This document shows, one piece after another, positions 1-6,393 of a stretch of DNA of 16,052 bases. This DNA is from Abditibacteriaceae bacterium. Its GTDB lineage: Bacteria; Armatimonadota; Abditibacteriia; Abditibacteriales; Abditibacteriaceae. The translations under genes were made by a program, and so were the position numbers. Positions within the stretch are counted from its first letter, which is position 1. Each line of letters begins with the position of its first letter. The notes under the pieces were generated by a model. It searched no databases. It was not told the DNA's origin and worked only from the letters and a program-made list of their open reading frames with translations. The stretch covers positions 1 through 16,052 of the forward strand of contig JANMKN010000359.1 in NCBI GenBank assembly GCA_031372065.1, in the 5' to 3' direction.

Positions 1-1110
1 GTTTTGGTCATGTAAGTTTTTTAAATCGCGTCGCAGTTGGGCAATTTGTGATGTGATGGTGCGGGCACGGTTCATCGCGCTTTCGAGTGGTGTTGGCCCG
101 GCGCTGGTTGGGTGCAGTGCGCCTTTGGTTGAAGGGACACTGCCGGTGCTGGAGGCGCTGTTGCCCGCATTTAAGTCTTTGGCAGCTTGTGCGGCTTGTG
201 GCCCCGTAAGACCATGTGTTTTGATTTGTTGCACGAGGGCACGCTGTTGGTTGCCATCTTTCAATTGGGCAATGGCGCGCGCTTGGTGTTGGCTGATGTT
301 GCCATCGGTGATTTCTTGAAGGATGTCGGTTGGCAGTTTGCTGATGGCAATGTAGTAATGAATGGAGCGAGGATCGGTAAAACCGACTTCAGAGGCCACA
401 TCGTCCCAACTCACTTTGGGCGTCTTGCTGCTGCTTTCGTAGCGTTCCAGCACATGGCTCATCCATTGTGGGCGACTTAGAAAATCCTTTTTCATTTTTT
501 CGTAAGTTGCTGCTTGCAATTTTTGATTGGGCGAATTTTTGGTGAAACCTGCCAGATATTCATCCAACTCGCTTTGCATATCGGCTTTGAGTTCGATAAG
601 AGCTTCGCCCATGTCAGCGTCGGCCAAGTCGCTGCGATGGATGTTCTCCATCAAGTTGATGCGCCGCGCCGTGCGGTCATCCACGTTTTTAATAATGATG
701 GGAATTTTTTCGAGTCCGGCCCGCTGCGCGGCCATCAGGCGGCAGTCGCCCGCCATGTTTTCATATTGAGGAATTTCTGCCGGTCCCCATTTGCGTGGGC
801 GCACCAGAATCGGCTGAAGCATTCCGATATCGGTTTGCTTCATGGAGTTGGCGATGTCGTCAATTTTTTTCTCCAACGCTGGTGTCACGGTTTTACGCGA
901 GTTGCCGGGGTTAAGAAAAACCTGTGAGGTGTTGACGATCAAGGCGTCGGGATTATGCTCGATGCGTTGCAAATCCGCTTTAGGCACCGGCATTTCATCG
1001 GTGCGCAGTCGGCGGCGCCGCGCACTGTCGGCTATTTGTTGAGCTACCGAAGAGCCACTGGTGCCTTGGTTGCCTTGACGGGCTTGGGTGATTTGATTGG
1101 CTTTTGCCAT
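1..1110 (-). CDS. parB: ParB/Spo0J-family partition protein (3' end beyond window)
   Basis: Manual translation from ATG at 1110 is open to position 1: MAKANQITQARQG...NPGNSRK...GMLQPILVRP...MAGDCRLMAAQRAGLEKIPIII...LMENIHRSDL...SWDDVASEVGFTDPRSIHYYIAISKLP...ISQHQARAIAQL. Has the ParB N-domain motifs (GxxRxxA, ENxxRxDL) and an HTH. AAGGA SD upstream; directly downstream of parA with a 67-nt overlap. Confidence 0.92.
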   Translation of the reverse strand, partial: MAKANQITQARQGNQGTSGSSVAQQIADSARRRRLRTDEMPVPKADLQRIEHNPDALIVNTSQVFLNPGNSRKTVTPALEKKIDDIANSMKQTDIGMLQPILVRPRKWGPAEIPQYENMAGDCRLMAAQRAGLEKIPIIIKNVDDRTARRINLMENIHRSDLADADMGEALIELKADMQSELDEYLAGFTKNSPNQKLQAATYEKMKKDFLSRPQWMSHVLERYESSSKTPKVSWDDVASEVGFTDPRSIHYYIAISKLPTDILQEITDGNISQHQARAIAQLKDGNQQRALVQQIKTHGLTGPQAAQAAKDLNAGNSASSTGSVPSTKGALHPTSAGPTPLESAMNRARTITSQIAQLRRDLKNLHDQN

Positions 1111-1865
1111 ATCTTTGAAATTTCCTTTGCGAGGTCTTGATAATCTTCGCGGGCCGTGCCGGTTTGTTTAGCGGTTTGGGTTGTGACGGTTTTCCACGAG
1201 CTTGCCAACTCCTTGATTTTCACGGTATGGCGTATTCTGGTTTTGCAGAGCTTTTTCGGCCATGTGGACAGGCAGGCGCTTTCGATATTCTGGTCGTTGA
1301 TGAGATTAGCGCGGTAGGCCGTTAGCAGAACGCGAAAGTCAAGTGGCTCAAAGTTATAGGCTTCGCGTAGGCTTTCCGCTCGGTCTGTTGTGTCCACTGC
1401 ACAATCAAATGCCATACGCTCCGAGTTGACGGGCACAATCAGCCCCGTTGCCGCCAGAAGGGCGTTACGCGAAACGTAATCAAAACGGGACGGGCAGTCT
1501 ATGATGCAAATATCAAAGAATTTGCTGGCAGCAGCGTGGCGCAAGGCGCGCGACAGGCGCAGTTCACCGGCGGGCAAATCAGGCAACTGGCGCGCGGCAC
1601 TTTCCATGCGCGGGTCACTGGCGACAACATGGAGGTGTGGTGTAATTTTTGTGGCCGCCGCTTCGATGGCTAAATCATCCATCAGCACATCGTAAATAGA
1701 ATGCGCAGGTGGCTCATTCTCCTGAAGGAAAAATGAGGTCGCCGAGTATTGTGCATCAAGGTCAATGAGCAATACTTTGCAAGACGCGGCATAAACAGCG
1801 GCCAGATTAACTGCTGTGATGGTTTTGCCTACCCCGCCCTTGCTATTGTAGGTGGCTAAGATCAT
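1044..1865 (-). CDS. parA: ParA/Soj-family partition ATPase
   Basis: Deviant Walker A KGGVGKT, VLLIDLDAQ and Walker B IIDCP. Start placed at ATG 1865 (MILATYNSKGG) rather than 1958. No N-terminal HTH. Confidence 0.95.
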   Translation of the reverse strand: MILATYNSKGGVGKTITAVNLAAVYAASCKVLLIDLDAQYSATSFFLQENEPPAHSIYDVLMDDLAIEAAATKITPHLHVVASDPRMESAARQLPDLPAGELRLSRALRHAAASKFFDICIIDCPSRFDYVSRNALLAATGLIVPVNSERMAFDCAVDTTDRAESLREAYNFEPLDFRVLLTAYRANLINDQNIESACLSTWPKKLCKTRIRHTVKIKELASSWKTVTTQTAKQTGTAREDYQDLAKEISKIWQKPIKSPKPVKATKAPVALR

Positions 1866-2017
1866 TTTGAATGTTTTCCCATCAGTGGCACAATGACAAA
1901 CCAAATGCAAAACCACAGTAAGAAGGTGACAAACGTCACACCCTGTGGGCCAATCCAATCAAGAAAGGCAACGCCGGGCTGTGCCAGAAGAGCAAGGATT
2001 GAGTGAGTTATCTCCAT
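1862..2017 (-). CDS. Small hydrophobic (single-TM) protein, 51 aa
   Basis: MEITHSILALLAQPGVAFLDWIGPQGVTFVTFLLWFCIWFVIVPLMGKHSK fills the repressor-parA gap, and its TGA overlaps the parA ATG (ATGA). SD is weak. Confidence 0.55.
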   Translation of the reverse strand: MEITHSILALLAQPGVAFLDWIGPQGVTFVTFLLWFCIWFVIVPLMGKHSK

Positions 2018-2049
2018 ACTGTTGCAGTTTTTCTTTGAATTACCGCAAC

Positions 2050-2655
2050 TTACGCAGGCGGCCACGCTGTAACCAGAACACCTTTGATTTCAATATCTTG
2101 AGCGCGCATGGTGCGCGGCGTGTAACGCGGATCGGGATTTGTTGGTTTCAAATCAACCCACTCGCCGCCGGACTGAAACGTGAGTTTTTTCACGGTGCAT
2201 TTGCGGATGCCGTCTTCTTCGAATTCAACATGAGCAATGCAGCCATTGTCGCACGGTTTTTGAGGGTCGAATAAAGCGAACATCCCGTCTGCGATGGATT
2301 GCCCATTCAGTCCCGCCATCGAATTGCCAACAACGATCAAGGTATACATATCGGGCCGCACGCGCACTTTATCAGGAACGCGAGTAATGGTGTCATCCAG
2401 CGGGCGAATCTCTTCGGCATCGCCACCGGGAATATAACCAAGAACACGAACGCGACCTGGCAAGCCAGCCTCACTTAAACCGGACTTGTAAATGAAGTCA
2501 ACAACTTCATTTTGGTTTTTCTTTTGAAGCGAACGAATGAGTGTGCGCACGAAATCACTCTCGTTCTCCATATGTAGAGCCTCTACATATGTGCGCACAG
2601 TGCGTTTTTCGTCTTCGCTAACCCTTAAATTTAGTGATTTATCGCGTTCTGCCAT
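2050..2655 (-). CDS. CI/LexA-like repressor: N-terminal RHH-like domain plus C-terminal S24 autopeptidase
   Basis: S24 catalytic motifs VGNSM (Ser) and TVKKL (Lys), cleavage-loop-like VLGYIPGG, and C-terminal IEIKGVLV. N-terminus SLNLRVSEDEK...NESDFVRTLI fits the RHH pattern. AAAGGA SD. Confidence 0.88.
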   Translation of the reverse strand: MAERDKSLNLRVSEDEKRTVRTYVEALHMENESDFVRTLIRSLQKKNQNEVVDFIYKSGLSEAGLPGRVRVLGYIPGGDAEEIRPLDDTITRVPDKVRVRPDMYTLIVVGNSMAGLNGQSIADGMFALFDPQKPCDNGCIAHVEFEEDGIRKCTVKKLTFQSGGEWVDLKPTNPDPRYTPRTMRAQDIEIKGVLVTAWPPA

Positions 2656-2674
2656 CGTAATCCTTTAACGGCTT

Positions 2675-2691
2675 GTGTCACATTGTAACCC
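2675..2691. promoter_or_regulatory. Putative operator O3, overlapping the leftward (repressor) -10 box
   Basis: GTGTCACA-T-TGTAACCC matches consensus GTGTTGCA-N-TGCAACAC at 12/16 and contains minus-strand TACAAT (2687-2682). A perfect half-site TGCAACAC lies next to it at 2694-2701. Confidence 0.6.
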
Positions 2692-2753
2692 TATGCAACA
2701 CAACTGAATCGCACATAAACCGGAAATTATTCGAAAAAAACCTTTTTTTACCA

Positions 2754-2782
2754 TTGACGTGTTGCAATGCATCACATATCAT
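2754..2782 (+). promoter_or_regulatory. Rightward sigma70-type early promoter with operator O2 (2759-2775) in the spacer
   Basis: TTGACG (2754-2759), 17-bp spacer, TATCAT (2777-2782). Palindrome GTGTTGCA-A-TGCATCAC at 2759-2775. Confidence 0.75.
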
Positions 2783-2791
2783 AGCTTTAAT

Positions 2792-2808
2792 GCGTTGCGT
2801 TGCAACAC
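2792..2808. promoter_or_regulatory. Putative operator O1
   Basis: GCGTTGCG-T-TGCAACAC (14/16 to consensus) lies just downstream of the predicted transcription start and abuts the AAAGGAGG SD of the Cro-like gene. Confidence 0.7.
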
Positions 2809-2824
2809 AAAAGGAGGCAGAAAT

Positions 2825-3085
2825 ATGGCTCAAAGCGGACAACTGACCCTGAGCGAGGGAGAGAATGGTAATTCCCCTTCCTTACGAGATCCTGATCATC
2901 TGAGTTTGCGAGTGGGGATGGAGGGTCGCACTAAAGCCGAATCATTAACTCGGTTGGCGGGCTATGAGAAAATGAATCAATTTTACAAGGCCCTGATCAA
3001 CCATCTCTCTGACTTGGCGGACGACAAGCCGTTTGACATCCGCAATCTGGTTTTTAAAGAAGCCAACCAACCGAATTTGCCTTAA
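2825..3085 (+). CDS. Small Cro-analogue regulator, RHH-like
   Basis: Strong SD AAAGGAGG then ATG 2825; divergent from the repressor. HLSLRVGMEGRTKAESLTRLAGYEKMNQFYKALINHL aligns without gaps to the repressor N-terminus. Confidence 0.75.
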   Translation: MAQSGQLTLSEGENGNSPSLRDPDHLSLRVGMEGRTKAESLTRLAGYEKMNQFYKALINHLSDLADDKPFDIRNLVFKEANQPNLP

Positions 3086-3113
3086 AACGCAAAAAGAACT
3101 CAAGGAGAAGTCA

Positions 3114-3998
3114 ATGCAAAACTCAGCCACAACCCCGTCGTTATCAGTCGTTTCCTCCATTGTGTCATCTGTTGTGTCATCTGTTGACACATCTGTTGAC
3201 ACATCTACCGATTCACTATCCCCGGTATCCACCACACCGTTTGATGCCTACGCCCAGTCCACTTCACCAGCGGCAAACCACCCCGGCCATGCGCCTGAGT
3301 GGTTAAGTGATCTCATCGCGGCAAGGGACAGCGTGCGCCATTTTCTGCTTCATCATTGGCGTTATAATCGCGTGCGCCGCTTGGTGCGTCGCCAGCAAAT
3401 TCGTTGGATTCGCTCCGTTCGCTCTGGGCGTGACAAAGATTCATCTCTCACGAATTTTATTTGTGAGAAGTTTGATGCTTTTACTGGCGCTGATGTCCTG
3501 ATTGATGAGTTGTTCGACGAGCGCGCGCAGATGGCACAGCACATAGCTCAGTTGCAGCAGAGCGTGACCGAGCAGGAAGAGTTGGCCGAAACCGAAAAAC
3601 TCAATCGCCAAGATTTGGAGCGGGTCGTTTTACAATTTGAAGCGGAAACGCAGCACAGTCTGGATGCACGAGACCGCGTTATCGCGGCGCAACAAAAGCA
3701 GATTGACGATCTCATGCAGGAGAAATTGCAGTTCATGGCGCAGATTAGCCACCTGCATAACATCGTGATAGGTATGGGAGCGGATTTTTGCACCGAAAAC
3801 GCCGATGGAAAGATGAACCATGGTTCGCAAGAAGCGCCGTCTTATAACCAGCCTTTGCAAACCATCAAACCGCTGCCGCGCCCAGCGTCCTTTCAGGATT
3901 ATTCTCAGGGCGGTGGGGCGTCCGGTAATGATTGTCAACGGCCAACCAGCCGGTTGGTCGTTATTCACACGGTTTGCCCTCCGTTGGAGGAAAAGTAA
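3114..3998 (+). CDS. Hypothetical coiled-coil protein
   Basis: SD AAGGAG then ATG 3114. Ser/Thr-rich N-terminus, Arg-rich segment, then a Q/E/L-rich heptad region. No family recognised. Confidence 0.75.
   Translation: MQNSATTPSLSVVSSIVSSVVSSVDTSVDTSTDSLSPVSTTPFDAYAQSTSPAANHPGHAPEWLSDLIAARDSVRHFLLHHWRYNRVRRLVRRQQIRWIRSVRSGRDKDSSLTNFICEKFDAFTGADVLIDELFDERAQMAQHIAQLQQSVTEQEELAETEKLNRQDLERVVLQFEAETQHSLDARDRVIAAQQKQIDDLMQEKLQFMAQISHLHNIVIGMGADFCTENADGKMNHGSQEAPSYNQPLQTIKPLPRPASFQDYSQGGGASGNDCQRPTSRLVVIHTVCPPLEEK
3160..3207. repeat. 4 x 12-bp tandem repeat with internal inversion
   Basis: TTGTGTCATCTG x2, then TTGACACATCTG and TTGACACATCTA. TGTGTCA and TGACACA are reverse complements. Confidence 0.85.
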
Positions 3999-4032
3999 GC
4001 GAGCGAGTCACAACGAGCAAGCAACACCAAGA

Positions 4033-4056
4033 CGTAACGGCGTAACAACGTAACAA
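4033..4056. repeat. 3 x 8-bp tandem repeat abutting a ribosome-binding site
   Basis: CGTAACGG CGTAACAA CGTAACAA immediately before GGAG and ATG 4066. Confidence 0.8.
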
Positions 4057-4065
4057 GGAGATTTC

Positions 4066-5100
4066 ATGTCACAAAACGGCAATAACGCGCTTGCCACGCG
4101 TTCTGATGTGGTCGAGGGTGAAGTTGTAGCTTCGGCCATTGCACCAGCCCTGACGATGGTGCTGGATTTAAATGAAATGGAGAAGCGCTACAAACTTCTC
4201 CAAGAGTTCATCAATCGCTTGATGAAGGACGGACACGATTATGGAGTCATCCCCGGCACCGGCAATAAACCAACTTTGTTGTTACCGGGCGCTCACAAGC
4301 TGAACAGTATTTACGGCTTGTCGCCTATCGTGGAAATCTTGGAAGCTGTCGAAGATTTTGAGGGTGGCTTCCTAAAATACAACATCAAAGTGAAATTGGT
4401 GGACAAGCGCAACGGCATGGTCGTCGCCGAAGGCATTGGCAGTTGCAACACGCAGGAAAGGCGGTATGCCAACGCCATTCGTGCGGGCAAACAAACGGCA
4501 GCCGACTACGCCAACACCTGTTTAAAAATCGCCAAGAAGCGCGCCTTGATTGACGCCACGCTGACAGCCACCGGCACCAGTGGCATTTTTGAACAGGACT
4601 TCGATGATGAGCCTGCCACAGGTAATCATAACAACAGTCAGCGCGGTAATGGCAACCAAAATAACAACCAAAATGCCAACCGCCAAAATCCGCCTCAAAA
4701 CCAAAGGCAGCAACGCCCGGACTATAACCGTCCAGCGGCGGCAGTTGCCGTCGAATCTTGCACGCAGCCGCAAATAGAGGAAATTTGGCGTTTAGCAAAT
4801 CAAGCCTATCCCAGACAAGCGGAAAAAACGCTGCAAGGTTGGCTGCAATGCCCGGTTGAGAAACTCTCCAAGCAACGTGCCTCCGAAGTCATTGAGGAAT
4901 TGCTGGGAGTCGTATCAAAGCAAGCGTTTCCTGATGATCCCCGCAACGAAAACACCGCCGAGCCTCTGACAGCTTCTCCGACATTCGCGCCCGCGTCGGC
5001 AGGAAATAACAACGATGATGGTGTGCCTCGTGGCGAGTCTCATGGCGAGTCTCGTCGTATGCCCAGTGATGATGTTCCCGATCCTTTCGCCGACGAATAA
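4066..5100 (+). CDS. Probable phage single-strand annealing/recombination protein (Rad52/RecT/Erf-like superfamily)
   Basis: DYGVIPGT..KPTLLLPGAHKL, EGIGSCNTQE and NTCLKIAKKRALIDATL...IFEQD resemble the conserved C-terminal helix of SSAP annealing domains. N/Q-rich linker, small helical domain, acidic tail; early-operon position. The family assignment is inference. Confidence 0.65.
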   Translation: MSQNGNNALATRSDVVEGEVVASAIAPALTMVLDLNEMEKRYKLLQEFINRLMKDGHDYGVIPGTGNKPTLLLPGAHKLNSIYGLSPIVEILEAVEDFEGGFLKYNIKVKLVDKRNGMVVAEGIGSCNTQERRYANAIRAGKQTAADYANTCLKIAKKRALIDATLTATGTSGIFEQDFDDEPATGNHNNSQRGNGNQNNNQNANRQNPPQNQRQQRPDYNRPAAAVAVESCTQPQIEEIWRLANQAYPRQAEKTLQGWLQCPVEKLSKQRASEVIEELLGVVSKQAFPDDPRNENTAEPLTASPTFAPASAGNNNDDGVPRGESHGESRRMPSDDVPDPFADE

Positions 5101-5131
5101 TCACTAAGCACTTAGTAATAAGGGGGTTTTT

Positions 5132-5446
5132 GTGAGCCAAACTTCAGTTATTGATGCACCATCCATCGCCGATTCATTATCCACCGATCAAAATTCTGTT
5201 TGCACCACGGTTCGCCTTTGCCCTTATTGCCAAGCGGCGCTATTGTCCGATGGACGCTGTAGCGCTGCTTGTTTTCCCCATCCGGGCCATGTTGTCGGAC
5301 TGCCCAAACACCCTTGCCCTCGTTGCGGCCAGATGATGGCGCTGACCATTGCCAAAGATAACCGCAAGCTGCTGCTCAATCCACGTAGCGGCAACAAACA
5401 CGTCTGCTCCTTGGGAGCGAGGCAGGGAAGGAGTTCGGATTTATGA
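5132..5446 (+). CDS. Small Cys-rich (zinc-binding) hypothetical protein
   Basis: GTG start after AAGGGGG; CPYC..CSAAC and CPRC..HVC motifs; ATGA overlap with the next ORF. Confidence 0.65.
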   Translation: MSQTSVIDAPSIADSLSTDQNSVCTTVRLCPYCQAALLSDGRCSAACFPHPGHVVGLPKHPCPRCGQMMALTIAKDNRKLLLNPRSGNKHVCSLGARQGRSSDL

Positions 5447-5643
5447 AATCCATTCGCCATTTGCTGGCGCTTTTGATTGCCGTGCCTCTTCTGTCTGTTT
5501 TTCTGTCCCTTCTGGTTTTGATTAGTCTGTGCGACGAAATCATTGGCCTGGCGCGCAAAAAATTCCGGTGTCATTTCCGCAAGTCCGCAGAGAATCCAGA
5601 AGCAGAAAATTCCGGCGAGTGGTCACTTTTTGAGACTGGATAA
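5443..5643 (+). CDS. Small hypothetical membrane protein
   Basis: Hydrophobic N-terminal stretch LLALLIAVPLLSVFLSLLVLISL; AGGAG SD; fills the operon gap. Confidence 0.6.
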   Translation: MKSIRHLLALLIAVPLLSVFLSLLVLISLCDEIIGLARKKFRCHFRKSAENPEAENSGEWSLFETG

Positions 5644-5664
5644 AGGATTTATGAAGGAGTCATC

Positions 5665-6300
5665 ATGAAAGAATTTTTCACGCCCGCACCCGCCGTCGAA
5701 GAAATCGGGCGCGAGCTAATCGAGGAATATCACAAGCATTTGCTGGATCATAGCGTGCGCGTCGAGTTCCTTTTTCGCAGCAAAACACCAGTGAAAGCGG
5801 GCCGCGCCCAGTGGGGCACCGCGCGCAAAGTGAGCGGCCTCAATGCGCATTTGCGCTATTTCAGTGCGGCCAAGAATGATGTTTTAATGAGTTCGCGGCG
5901 CGAATTGAACTTCACCGATGAGGAAAAATACAACGAGCCGTTTTTCCTCATTTTGATTAGTCGCCCCATTTGGGAGAACATCAAAGACCCTCAACGGCGC
6001 GCGCTGGTGGATCATGAGCTAATGCACCTTGATTCGGATTACGACGACAAGGGAGAAATCAAACTTTCCATTGTCGGCCACGATTTCGAGGCGTTTAACC
6101 GCGAATTTGAGTTACATGGTTTGTGGCGCGACGATGCCAAGAAAATGCTGAAAACCCTGAAAGATGCCAATCAATTAAAACTGGATTTTCAGCCCGACAA
6201 ACAACCAGATCAACAAACGAAAAAAGAACCCTCACCGCTTTCGCGGCCATCGCCACCCTTAACCGAAACTGATGGCAGCCATCCGGTGGTAGTGCATTAA
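5665..6300 (+). CDS. Putative phage metallopeptidase (zincin HExxH)
   Basis: ALVDHELMH and HDFEAF..E..HG motifs, plus WGTARKV, typical of the putative phage metallopeptidase family. AAGGAG SD. Confidence 0.85.
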   Translation: MKEFFTPAPAVEEIGRELIEEYHKHLLDHSVRVEFLFRSKTPVKAGRAQWGTARKVSGLNAHLRYFSAAKNDVLMSSRRELNFTDEEKYNEPFFLILISRPIWENIKDPQRRALVDHELMHLDSDYDDKGEIKLSIVGHDFEAFNREFELHGLWRDDAKKMLKTLKDANQLKLDFQPDKQPDQQTKKEPSPLSRPSPPLTETDGSHPVVVH

Positions 6301-6330
6301 ATGCATTTGCAAGTGCATTAAGCGCAGATC

Positions 6331-6367
6331 AGGAGCGGCCCCACAATAAAATGGGCCGCTCCTTTTT
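6331..6367 (+). terminator. Intrinsic terminator upstream of the replication gene
   Basis: AGGAGCGGCCC, 11-nt loop, GGGCCGCTCCT, followed by TTTT. Confidence 0.8.
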
Positions 6368-6393
6368 AATTCGGTAATTTAGGAGAGGATTTT

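Noticed and set aside
53..1325. Plus-strand ORFs over the left end (53-319, 187-480, 514-927 and others)
   Set aside because: Shadow frames antisense to parB/parA, which carry clear family motifs.
1926..1939. GTGAC-AAAC-GTCAC inverted repeat and TGACAAAC pair upstream of parA as parS
   Set aside because: Only 5-bp arms, lies within the probable small ORF, and does not match canonical parS (TGTTNCACGTGAAACA), which I did not see in the window.
1866..1958. Extended ParA N-terminus from the ORF track
   Set aside because: Walker A normally lies about 10 aa from the start in HTH-less ParA; ATG 1865 fits this and has an ATGA overlap.
2050..2655. Calling the repressor host lexA
   Set aside because: No LexA winged-helix N-terminus, and the context is a phage divergent switch.
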